From NCBI GenBank assembly GCA_024742605.1, contig JANSYC010000002.1:7238-71237 (forward strand): a DNA stretch of 64,000 bases, read 5' to 3'. Each line of letters starts with the position of its first letter. Within the stretch, counting starts at the first letter, position 1. A model generated the notes under the pieces. The model worked only from the letters and a program-made list of their open reading frames with translations, made no database searches and was not told where the DNA came from. A program made the translations under genes and the position numbers. Below, piece after piece: positions 1 to 8,142 of this stretch. The stretch comes from Alphaproteobacteria bacterium. Its GTDB lineage: Bacteria > Pseudomonadota > Alphaproteobacteria > Thalassobaculales > Thalassobaculaceae.

Positions 1-1413
1 CGCCGCGATGATCAGGTCGTCGCCGTGCACGTGCCCCAGACTCTCGTTCACCACCTTGAACCGATCCAGATCCAGGTAGATCACGGCGAAACGGGCCGTC
101 TTGGTGCGTCGACGACGGGCGAGTGTCTGGCGCACCCGTTCCATGAACAGCGTCCGGTTGGCCAACCCCGTCAGACTGTCATGCAGGGCATCGTGAACCG
201 ACTGCTCCTCGGTGCGGCGCCGATCGGTCACATCGGTCAACGAGCCCGCGATCCGGTGAATTGAGTCCTCATTCCGTCCAATCGGAACGCCGCCGACAAT
301 TCCGTCCGACGGGCGCACCGCCTGGCCTCGGGCAAGCATCCAACGGTAACTCTCGTCCCGGTGACGCACCCGGTGCTCGCTCTCGAAGTTGCTGGAGGCA
401 CCGTGCACATGGGCGTCCAGCTGTGCGCTGAACCGCGCCACGTCTTCCGGATGGATCCGCGAGAGCCATTCCTCGGCCCCGTCTCCCATCTCGTCAGGTT
501 CGTAGCCCAACATCGCCTTGAATCGCTCAGAGTAGTAAACGCGGCTGTTCTCCAGATCCCAATCCCAGAGCCCGTCATTCGAGCCCGCGGCGGCCAACGC
601 ATAGCGCTCCTCGCTCTCGCGCAGCAGCTTCTCGGCTTCCACCCGCTCGGTGATATCATTGTAGGTCGCGACCACGCCGCCGCTGACGATCGGGGTTATC
701 CTGACCTCGAGATATCCTCCGCCGACGGTCTTCCGCTCATAGGTCACCCCGGGGGTCTGCTTGAACAGATCGACGATCTTGTCGGACAACTCGATCGGGT
801 CCCCCTCTCCGAACTCACCGCGGCGTGCCAGATAGCGGCAGATATCGACCAGAGGTGTTCCTGCCTGAGCGTGCGTGTGCCGCAGATCCAACAGCTCGAA
901 GAACCGGGCGTTCCAGGTCAGCAGCCGGTAGTCCTTGTCATACGCGCAGAGACCCTGGCTGATGTTCTCAAGCGTCAAACGCAGCAGCTCGGTATACCGG
1001 GAGGCGTCCGCTGCATGACGTCGCTCCTCGGTGATATCGCGATAGATCACAATTCGGCCGGAATCCTCGGTCGGCCGATCGGAAATCCTCAGCCAGCGGC
1101 CATCCGGTTGACGCTGCTCAAATGTCCGTCCGGTCGAGCGATGGATCTCCATGCGGCTCTCGACCCAACTCTTCGGGTCTTCGATCAGGCCGATCTGATG
1201 TTCGTTTTCGGCCGCGATGACAAGCAAAGCTTCGAAGGTGATGCCGGGTGCGTAGTGCGCGGCCAGTTTCGGGAACAGGGTGCGCATCGCAGCATTCCAG
1301 CTCACGACCCGGTCGTCCCGATCGCATACGATAATGCCCTCGTCGATCGCGTCGAGCGCCGTCCCCAAAACCTTATCAGTCGCTGCCCCACGGGCAACGG
1401 CGGACGAATTCAT
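1..1413 (-). CDS. Multi-PAS GGDEF-domain protein (diguanylate cyclase-like), 3' end cut by window edge
   Basis: Minus-strand frame is open from ATG (complement of 1411..1413) to position 1. It is absent from the ORF track because there is no in-window stop. My translation gives MNSSAVARGAATDKVLGTALDAIDEGIIVCDRDDRVVSWNAAM..., further PAS-like blocks (LLTWNARFFELL; GLWDWDLENSRVYYSERFKAMLGY), then LTGLANRTLF...FAVIYLDLDRFKVVNESLGHVHGDDLI, the beginning of a GGDEF domain. Confidence 0.85.
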   Translation of the reverse strand, partial: MNSSAVARGAATDKVLGTALDAIDEGIIVCDRDDRVVSWNAAMRTLFPKLAAHYAPGITFEALLVIAAENEHQIGLIEDPKSWVESRMEIHRSTGRTFEQRQPDGRWLRISDRPTEDSGRIVIYRDITEERRHAADASRYTELLRLTLENISQGLCAYDKDYRLLTWNARFFELLDLRHTHAQAGTPLVDICRYLARRGEFGEGDPIELSDKIVDLFKQTPGVTYERKTVGGGYLEVRITPIVSGGVVATYNDITERVEAEKLLRESEERYALAAAGSNDGLWDWDLENSRVYYSERFKAMLGYEPDEMGDGAEEWLSRIHPEDVARFSAQLDAHVHGASSNFESEHRVRHRDESYRWMLARGQAVRPSDGIVGGVPIGRNEDSIHRIAGSLTDVTDRRRTEEQSVHDALHDSLTGLANRTLFMERVRQTLARRRRTKTARFAVIYLDLDRFKVVNESLGHVHGDDLIIAA

Positions 1414-1672
1414 ACAGATTCTCCCCGACCGTCGTAGTCACGCCTGGGCAAGAGACCACGCGTTCCATCACCTCACAGAAATCGGACCGGCTCAAAGACC
1501 CAAGTCGCTTCCGAGAATGGGCAGCTGTTGCCAGCAATGACTTCACAGCAGAAAGGTAGCAGAATGATCTCCACCCATCCAACCTCCGCTTGGCAGGGTG
1601 GTCAGGGTCATTTCCCTGGCAGATGAAAAACCCCGTGCCGGGTCTGGTATACCGACAATCGAACGCGAAGGG

Positions 1673-2329
1673 TCAGCCGAGATCGTCGGTGACGCCCATG
1701 ACGCGACGGCCCGTGCGAACGCAGTAAAGCCGCCACAGAAGAAGGGTGACCGCGGTTCGGTTCGGGCGCCATGAATCGGCGCGCATGTCGCAAACCTTCG
1801 GAACCGGGCGGTCGGGAAGGTCATCGAGCATTCGTATGGCTTCCCGAATGGCGACATCTCCGGATGGAAACACATCCGTATCCGCGAGAGCGAACATACG
1901 ATAGATCTCCGCCGTCCAGCGACCAATGCCCGGAAAGGCGATCAGTTCCTGCATCACCCGTTCGGACGGCGCGCCGACCATCCGGACCAAATCGAGTGAG
2001 CCGGACACGACCGCCTCCGAGATCGCCCGCGCCGTTCGCATCTTCGCACGGGTGAGGCCCAGAGTGCCCAATCTGTCATCGTCCAACTCCAGCAGACGTT
2101 CCGGGCTGACCGCGTCAGCCGCCTCAAGTCTGCCCCATATCGCCGAAGCAGAGGCGGTGGAAACGTGCTGGGCGACGATCGTATGAAACAGGGTTCTGAA
2201 GCCCGGCGGATCGCGTTTGACCAGCGGCGGGCCGACCTCCTCGAGCGCGCGGGCGACAGCCACATCTTGCGCGCCGATATCGGAGAGCGTCAGCGCGATT
2301 TCCGCGCGAAGAGCATCTAGATCGGCCAT
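1673..2329 (-). CDS. HhH-GPD base-excision repair glycosylase (AlkA-like DNA-3-methyladenine glycosylase II)
   Basis: Last 218 codons of ORF 1673..2623(-), starting MADLDALRAEIAL. HhH-GPD-type segment: FPGIGRWTAEIYRMFALADTDVFPSGDVAIREA. The longer ORF would overlap the upstream gene, so the start is set at ATG 2329. Confidence 0.75.
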   Translation of the reverse strand: MADLDALRAEIALTLSDIGAQDVAVARALEEVGPPLVKRDPPGFRTLFHTIVAQHVSTASASAIWGRLEAADAVSPERLLELDDDRLGTLGLTRAKMRTARAISEAVVSGSLDLVRMVGAPSERVMQELIAFPGIGRWTAEIYRMFALADTDVFPSGDVAIREAIRMLDDLPDRPVPKVCDMRADSWRPNRTAVTLLLWRLYCVRTGRRVMGVTDDLG

Positions 2330-2352
2330 GGGGAACCCGGTCCGGTGTGGAG

Positions 2353-3195
2353 TCAGCAGATCGGATCGATATGCGCTCCGGCCTCTCTGGCCGCCTCGCT
2401 CATGGTGACAAAATCGGCACCGTTGTCCCTGAGATATCGGATCAGGCGCTCCATGGCCAGCATACGCTTGCCTTGGCCCGAGACAAAAGGATGGAACGTG
2501 TAAACCACAACGCCCCATTGTTCGCTGTCGGCCATGGTCTCGTAATCTTCCTGCCATCCCCGCAACAGATCCCTCGAGATCTTGAAACCCAGGGTCGCCA
2601 GTCCGCCAGGAAGCGCGGCCCATTCGTTCCGCGTATAATCGTCGATGCTCCAGTTGACCGGCATTTCGATCAGGTCGGTGGGCGCGCCGTACACGTCGGT
2701 CGTCATCGACGGATTGCCGCCTGAGACCCGCGCCCGGTATGGTCGGTGATCGTGGCCCATCAAGCTGGAATCATAGACAAATCCGTTCGCCAACAGCAGA
2801 TCGACCGTATGCGGGGAGTGCCCCCACGACGGTGATCGATACCCACTCGGTCTGCGGCCGGTCAGGGTGTCGATCACCTCCATTCCGCGCAACAGATCCT
2901 CTTCCTCGGCTCTGCGATCCGTGTTGTTCGGCCGCCGGTGATCCCAGCCATGGTGTCCGATCTCATGGCCGTCGCCGACCAGGGCCCTGGCCGTGTCCGC
3001 ATGCTGCGACAGGATTGGTCCCGCCGCGAAGAACGTGCCCCGCACCCGCTCGCGATCCAGCATGCTCAAGATGCGGTCGAGCCCGTAATAGCTGCTCCAC
3101 GAGGCCAGCCCCGGAGCCAAGCTGGTCGTTGCTTGTCCGTTATTCACCGAAACCGCGTCGAAATCGTAGGTCAGGCAGACCAGATGTCTTGCCAT
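2353..3195 (-). CDS. Polysaccharide deacetylase (NodB-homology) family protein
   Basis: ORF 2353..3195(-), 280 aa. TYDFD...GTFF...GHEIGHHGWDH pattern is typical of the NodB/CE4 metal-binding motifs. No signal peptide seen. Confidence 0.75.
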   Translation of the reverse strand: MARHLVCLTYDFDAVSVNNGQATTSLAPGLASWSSYYGLDRILSMLDRERVRGTFFAAGPILSQHADTARALVGDGHEIGHHGWDHRRPNNTDRRAEEEDLLRGMEVIDTLTGRRPSGYRSPSWGHSPHTVDLLLANGFVYDSSLMGHDHRPYRARVSGGNPSMTTDVYGAPTDLIEMPVNWSIDDYTRNEWAALPGGLATLGFKISRDLLRGWQEDYETMADSEQWGVVVYTFHPFVSGQGKRMLAMERLIRYLRDNGADFVTMSEAAREAGAHIDPIC

Positions 3196-3420
3196 GGCCT
3201 CTGTTTCCCCCAGAACTTGCCTATGCAGCCGGAAGCTTATAACGCTTCACTTATATACAGAACCTAGAGCATCCACCTTAATTTGGACACCGACCAGGCC
3301 GCTACCTCGCGCTCCATTCAGCGGAGATTGTCTTCATAGCCTATAGTCTTGTCAAATAACGCCGTTGCCTGATTTGCGCATCCGGACATCGGATGTATCT
3401 AAAATACACACAACACAATT

Positions 3421-3903
3421 ATGGATACAGAATTCGCCATGGTATTCCAGAACGTTACCTCCAAACCTACACGAAACGGTGTTGCCGGACAGGCACGAGA
3501 CCTGGTGAAAATCCGCACATCGGGACGCGGATTCTTCGAGTTCACGGACTCGGCCATCGCATTCGTCGGCGCCTCCGGTCTGACGGAAGGCGTGCTGACA
3601 CTGTTCTGCCGTCACACGTCCGCATCCTTGACGATCCAGGAGAACGCGAGCCCGGAGGTTCTGGACGATCTGCTGGACTGGTTCGACCGATTGGCACCGG
3701 AAGCCCCGGAGCGATACCGACATGGGGTCGAGGGCCCGGACGACATGCCGGCGCATCTGCGGACGGTCTTGACCGCAAGCACGCTTTCCATTCCCGTGGT
3801 GGACGCACGTCCCGTTCTGGGAACGTGGCAGGGCATCTTTCTGATCGAACACCGGTCCGCCCCGCATGTCCGACAGGTTGTCTTGCATATGATGGGAGTC
3901 TGA
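3421..3903 (+). CDS. YjbQ/UPF0047 family protein (secondary thiamine-phosphate synthase-like)
   Basis: ORF 160 aa. CRHTSASLTIQENASPEV...DDMPAHLRTVLT...LGTWQGIFLIEHR are hallmark YjbQ-family strings. Confidence 0.8.
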   Translation: MDTEFAMVFQNVTSKPTRNGVAGQARDLVKIRTSGRGFFEFTDSAIAFVGASGLTEGVLTLFCRHTSASLTIQENASPEVLDDLLDWFDRLAPEAPERYRHGVEGPDDMPAHLRTVLTASTLSIPVVDARPVLGTWQGIFLIEHRSAPHVRQVVLHMMGV

Positions 3904-3907
3904 ATCC

Positions 3908-5218
3908 GTGGCGAAACCCTTGAATGAACTCTCCGCCGTTGAACTGGTGGGCCGGATCGCGAACAGGGAGATCACGGTCCGGGCCGTCGCCGACGCGCAT
4001 CTGGACCGCATCGCCGCCCGCGACGACGAGGTCGGTGCTTTCATACACATCAAGCCCGAGCAGGTCCGCGCCGCTGCCGATTCCGCCGATGCGAACAGGC
4101 CCGGATTTCCGCTCCATGGCATGCCCGTCGCGGTCAAGGACATCATCGAGACCGCCGATCTGCAGACGGGCTACGGCAGCGAGATCTATCTCGACCATCA
4201 ACCGGACGCGGACGCCGAGATCGTCACCGCAACGCGGAACGCCGGTGGTCTGGTTCTGGGCAAGACGGTCTCCACGGAATTTGCTTGGCGGCGGCCGGGA
4301 AAGACCCGCAATCCCCACAATTTGGCCCATACGCCGGGCGGCTCCTCCAGCGGATCGGCCGCCGCGGTGGCCGACTTCATGGCGCCGCTGGCCTTCGGGA
4401 CCCAGACCGCCGGCTCGGTGATCCGGCCTGCCGCGTATTGCGGCGTGGTCGGGTTCAAGCCGACCTACGGCACCCACGCCCGCACAGGCGTCAAGGAACT
4501 GTCCGGTTACCTCGATACCGTCGGGACCTTCGCGCGCTCGGTGGTGGATATCACGTTCTTCGATGCGGCCCTGCGCGGTGCGAGCCCGACCCGGCTCGAC
4601 GTGTTCGAGGGCGGCGCTCCCCGGATCGGCGTGTTCGTGCCGTTCGCCGACAAGGCCGAGCGGGATGGAACCAGTGTCGTCGAGTACATGCGCAAGCTGG
4701 CGGAGACGGCGGGCGCGCAGGTGATCGATATCTCCGGCTGGACCCGCTTCGACGAGATGGATCCGGTCCACGCGAAAATCATGACCGCCGAAGCGGCCAA
4801 GGCGCTCGCCTACGAGTACGACACCCATTTCGACCAGTTGAGCCCGTTCTACCAGGAGACCCTGACGGCGGGCCGCGCGATCCCCGAGGACGAGTATTTC
4901 GACGCCCTCGCCACCTCGGATGCCTTCCGGAACGAGGCCGCCGCGCAGTTGGACGGGCTGGACGCCATCCTGACCCTGCCCGCCCCCGGAGAAGCGCCGG
5001 AGGGTCTGGCCTTCACCGGCGAACCGATGTTCAACCGGATCTGGACCATGCTCCGCTGGCCCTGCGTGACGATCCCGGTCGGGCGCGGCACCGGCGGCCT
5101 GCCGGTCGGCGTGCAGATCGTCGCGGGATACGGTCGGGACGATCGGGCCCTGGCGGTCGCCCACTGGCTCGAGAAACTGATCGAAGGCGTCAGTCGGAAC
5201 GCCGGAAAGGGACATTGA
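3908..5218 (+). CDS. Amidase-signature family amidase
   Basis: ORF 436 aa with GTG start 5 nt after the yjbQ-like stop. Contains the amidase signature GGSSSGSAAAVA and the upstream KD...T.GS region. Confidence 0.85.
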   Translation: MAKPLNELSAVELVGRIANREITVRAVADAHLDRIAARDDEVGAFIHIKPEQVRAAADSADANRPGFPLHGMPVAVKDIIETADLQTGYGSEIYLDHQPDADAEIVTATRNAGGLVLGKTVSTEFAWRRPGKTRNPHNLAHTPGGSSSGSAAAVADFMAPLAFGTQTAGSVIRPAAYCGVVGFKPTYGTHARTGVKELSGYLDTVGTFARSVVDITFFDAALRGASPTRLDVFEGGAPRIGVFVPFADKAERDGTSVVEYMRKLAETAGAQVIDISGWTRFDEMDPVHAKIMTAEAAKALAYEYDTHFDQLSPFYQETLTAGRAIPEDEYFDALATSDAFRNEAAAQLDGLDAILTLPAPGEAPEGLAFTGEPMFNRIWTMLRWPCVTIPVGRGTGGLPVGVQIVAGYGRDDRALAVAHWLEKLIEGVSRNAGKGH

Positions 5219-5219
5219 G

Positions 5220-5966
5220 ATGCGCCTTCAGTTGATGACATGGGCCGAGGTCGAGGCCTATCTGACGGCCCAGAACGGCATCATCGTGCCGATCGGCTCG
5301 ACCGAACAGCACGGCCCGATCGGGCTGATCGGCACCGACGCCATCTGTCCCGAAGTGATCGCCGACCGGGCCGCCGAGACTCTTGGCTGCATCGTCGGGC
5401 CCACCATCAATGTCGGCATGGCCCAGCACCATCTGGCGTTTCCGGGCTCGATCGCGCTGCGTCCCACCACCCTGATCGCGGTCATCAAGGACTACGTGCT
5501 GTCTCTGGCGCGGAACGGGTTCGAGCGGTTCTATTTCCTGAACGGCCATGGCGGCAACATCCCGACGATCTCGGCCGCGTTCAGCGAGATCTACGCCGAG
5601 AAATCGATCGAGGGGTCCCCCAGCCGGCCGCATGTCCGGTGCAAGCTTGCGAACTGGTTCACCCAGCCGCAGGCCAAGGCGCTGGCGGCGGAGATCTACG
5701 GCGACCGGGACGGCCACCATGCGACCGCGTCCGAGGTGGCGGTGACCCAGTTCGCCTATCCGGATCACATCAAAAAGGCCGCGATGGACCCCGCCCCACC
5801 CCGGCCGCGCCCGTTCTACGATGCAGATGACTACCGCTCGATTCATCCGGACGGCCGGATCGGCGCCGACAGCTGGCTCGCCTCTCCCGAGGCCGGAGGA
5901 CGCCTAGTCGCGGCCTCGGCCCTTGGCGTGGTCGAGGACTATCGCCAGTTCATTGCGGAGACCTGA
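5220..5966 (+). CDS. Creatininase (creatinine amidohydrolase) family protein
   Basis: ORF 248 aa starting 2 nt after the amidase stop. PIGSTEQHGP...GHGGN motifs match the creatininase family. Confidence 0.8.
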   Translation: MRLQLMTWAEVEAYLTAQNGIIVPIGSTEQHGPIGLIGTDAICPEVIADRAAETLGCIVGPTINVGMAQHHLAFPGSIALRPTTLIAVIKDYVLSLARNGFERFYFLNGHGGNIPTISAAFSEIYAEKSIEGSPSRPHVRCKLANWFTQPQAKALAAEIYGDRDGHHATASEVAVTQFAYPDHIKKAAMDPAPPRPRPFYDADDYRSIHPDGRIGADSWLASPEAGGRLVAASALGVVEDYRQFIAET

Positions 5967-5990
5967 GCCGAAACCAGGACCGAGGCCGCG

Positions 5991-6683
5991 ATGACCGAAC
6001 GCGACGAGACCAGCCGGACCACCCTCGCCACGCCGATGATCCTCTGGGATCTGCCGACCCGGATCTTCCATTGGAGCCTGGTGGTCTGCATCGCCGGTTC
6101 CTATCTGACGGCCGAGGACGGGGACCTGGAACTGCACCAGACCTTCGGGTTGTGCGTGATCGGGCTGGTGCTGTTCCGGATCATGTGGGGGTTCGTAGGC
6201 AGCGAGCCGTCGCGCTTCACGACCTTCCTGAGGGGACCCACCGCCATCCTCCGCTACCTGCGCGCGGTGCGGAGCGGCAAGCATCCTTCTATCCCGACCC
6301 ACAATCCGCTCGGGGCGCTGAGCGTGGTCGCGCTGTTGGCAATTCTTCTGGTCCAGGCCGGACTGGGTCTGTTCGCGACCGATGACATTTTCTTCGAGGG
6401 ACCGCTGAACGGCTGGGTGTCCTACGACATGGCGGCCACCCTGACCGGCTGGCATCACCTGACCTTCGACGGTGTGGCGATCCTGATTCTGCTGCATCTG
6501 GTCGCGATCGGTGCCTATGCGGTGCTGCTGCGAATCGATCTGGTCTCGCCAATGGTCACGGGAAAGAAACTGGTCAAGCCGGAGGATAGGGTGCCCGACC
6601 CCCGGATGGCGCCGCTCTGGCTCGCGGTGGTCCTCGCCGGGGTCGCGGCGGGTCTCGCCTACGGCCTCACGCTGATCGGATAA
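5991..6683 (+). CDS. Cytochrome b561 / Ni-Fe hydrogenase b-type cytochrome family membrane protein
   Basis: ORF 230 aa. LWDLPTRIFHWSLVV start, four hydrophobic helices with conserved His (HW..., H at WHHLTFD, LLHLVAI), as in PF01292-type proteins. Confidence 0.75.
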   Translation: MTERDETSRTTLATPMILWDLPTRIFHWSLVVCIAGSYLTAEDGDLELHQTFGLCVIGLVLFRIMWGFVGSEPSRFTTFLRGPTAILRYLRAVRSGKHPSIPTHNPLGALSVVALLAILLVQAGLGLFATDDIFFEGPLNGWVSYDMAATLTGWHHLTFDGVAILILLHLVAIGAYAVLLRIDLVSPMVTGKKLVKPEDRVPDPRMAPLWLAVVLAGVAAGLAYGLTLIG

Positions 6684-6692
6684 CCTTGGAAA

Positions 6693-6737
6693 CACCGGAC
6701 AGGGACAGGCCCATGGGTCGGCCGGCCCTGTCCGGTG
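6693..6737. terminator. Bidirectional hairpin between convergent cytochrome genes
   Basis: Perfect 12-bp inverted repeat CACCGGACAGGG (6693..6704) / CCCTGTCCGGTG (6726..6737), located between the stops at 6683(+) and 6750(-). No clear U-tract. Confidence 0.5.
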
Positions 6738-6749
6738 CGGTCCTAGCGC

Positions 6750-7193
6750 TTACTTCTTCGGAAGGCGGTACTTGTCGTGGCAGGCGCCGCAGGACTCGCC
6801 CAGCGCCTTCTGCGCCGCCGCGATGTCGGAGGCGACGCCGGACTCGGCGGCGGATGCCAGCTTGAGGGCGGCCTGCTCGTTCGCCTCGGCGGCGGCTACG
6901 AACCCCTGCCAGTCAGACCAGATCTCGTCTTTCGCGCGGGTCTCGCCCCCGCCGGTGCCTTCCGGGAACAGATCAGGGATCTTCGCCGCAAAGGCCGCCA
7001 CCGATTCAGCCGCCGCCTGGACCGCTCCATGGTCTCCAGACTCCCCGCCAGCCTTGATGGCCTTGAGCTGGGTGACGTTTTCCTTAAAGCCGTCCTGACG
7101 CTCCTTCACCACATCGGCGGCGAGCGCCAAACCAGACACCGAGAGCATCAGGGTCCCGGCAACAATCATTTGGGTCATCTTGCGCATGCGCAT
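6750..7193 (-). CDS. Class II c-type cytochrome (cytochrome c' / c556 family)
   Basis: C-terminal 148 codons of ORF 6750..7424(-). Signal peptide MRMRKMTQMIVAGTLMLSVSGLALA and a C-terminal haem site CGACHDKY, typical of four-helix-bundle class II cytochromes c. Start could be 7193, 7187 or 7178. Confidence 0.8.
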   Translation of the reverse strand: MRMRKMTQMIVAGTLMLSVSGLALAADVVKERQDGFKENVTQLKAIKAGGESGDHGAVQAAAESVAAFAAKIPDLFPEGTGGGETRAKDEIWSDWQGFVAAAEANEQAALKLASAAESGVASDIAAAQKALGESCGACHDKYRLPKK

Positions 7194-7380
7194 CCTCCAG
7201 GTTGGGCCGCCGATCGGTCGCACGGCCTCGATTGTCGGATAAATCTGCAGGCTTTCCAGGCCCCCGGCAATTGACATCTTCGTGTCCACTGGAGGGCGCA
7301 GGCGCGACCGCCGCCCCGTAAGCCCCTTGTCCGACCCATCGGAATCGCGCGATCTTCGCTTCTCATTTCGGGGGACGGCC

Positions 7381-8052
7381 GTGCTGATCGCGATCGAAGG
7401 CATTGATGGAGCGGGCAAGGGCACGGTCGCGGCCGGACTGGCCGAGCATCTGAGCGCGGCCGGGCATCCGGTTCGGCTGATCTCCTTTCCCCGCTATCAG
7501 AAGACGGCGGCAGGCCGTTTGATCGGTAGCCTGCTGGGCGGGCGCGACGGCGATATCGGCCGCATGAGCGTGGAGTTTCTGGCCGCCCTGTTCGCCGAGG
7601 ACAGACGTCAATCGGCCGACCTGCTGGCCCAGCAGAGGGCGGACGAGATCCTGATCTGCGACAGGTTCACCGCATCGAACGCCGCCTTTCAATGCGGTCG
7701 CCTGCCGCCCGAGCGCCATGCCGATTTCATCGCCTGGCTCGAGGATCTCGAGTTCGCGCGGTTCGGCACCCGACGCCCGGATCTGAACCTCTGGCTGGAC
7801 GTACCGCCTTGGGTCTCCCGCGACCTGGTCGCGCGCAAGGCCAAGCGCAGCTACACCAACGACACCCACGATGCCAATGAAGCCGACACGGAGTTGCAGG
7901 ACCGGGCCGCGGCCGCATACCGGCTGATGTCGGAAAACGGCGCGATGGGAACCTGGGCCCGGATCGAAATCGCTCCGGGCAACGTCCTGCGGTCGATCGA
8001 AGATATCCGCGCCGAGGCCATCGCGATCGTGGAACGCAGATTGTCGGTCTGA
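7381..8052 (+). CDS. tmk: Thymidylate (dTMP) kinase, actinobacterial-like type
   Basis: VLIAIEGIDGAGKGT P-loop at the N-terminus, then FPRY and DRFTASNAAFQ, EFARFG. This closely parallels my recollection of M. tuberculosis TMPK (MLIAIEGVDGAGK...FPRY...DRYVASNAAY...EFARLG). GTG 7381 is preceded by GGGGGA. The track ORF starts at 7282, but that extension is Arg/Ser-rich. Confidence 0.8.
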   Translation: MLIAIEGIDGAGKGTVAAGLAEHLSAAGHPVRLISFPRYQKTAAGRLIGSLLGGRDGDIGRMSVEFLAALFAEDRRQSADLLAQQRADEILICDRFTASNAAFQCGRLPPERHADFIAWLEDLEFARFGTRRPDLNLWLDVPPWVSRDLVARKAKRSYTNDTHDANEADTELQDRAAAAYRLMSENGAMGTWARIEIAPGNVLRSIEDIRAEAIAIVERRLSV

Positions 8053-8142
8053 TCGCCGCATATCTCTGGCCAAGCCCCACCGCAAACCCATAAGCTAGAC
8101 AACGTTGGATTGCTCAACACCCAATCAAAAAAGACGGATGAA

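Noticed and set aside
3542-5215. 557-aa minus-strand ORF
   Set aside because: It is antisense to the amidase gene, which carries the GGSSSGSAAAVA signature. The product is Arg/Gly/Pro-rich. The same reasoning applies to 8125..9813(-), 9890..11461(-), 25627..27543(+), 35353..36762(+), 44261..45730(+), 18666..19934(+), 51491..52615(-) and 55876..56901(+).
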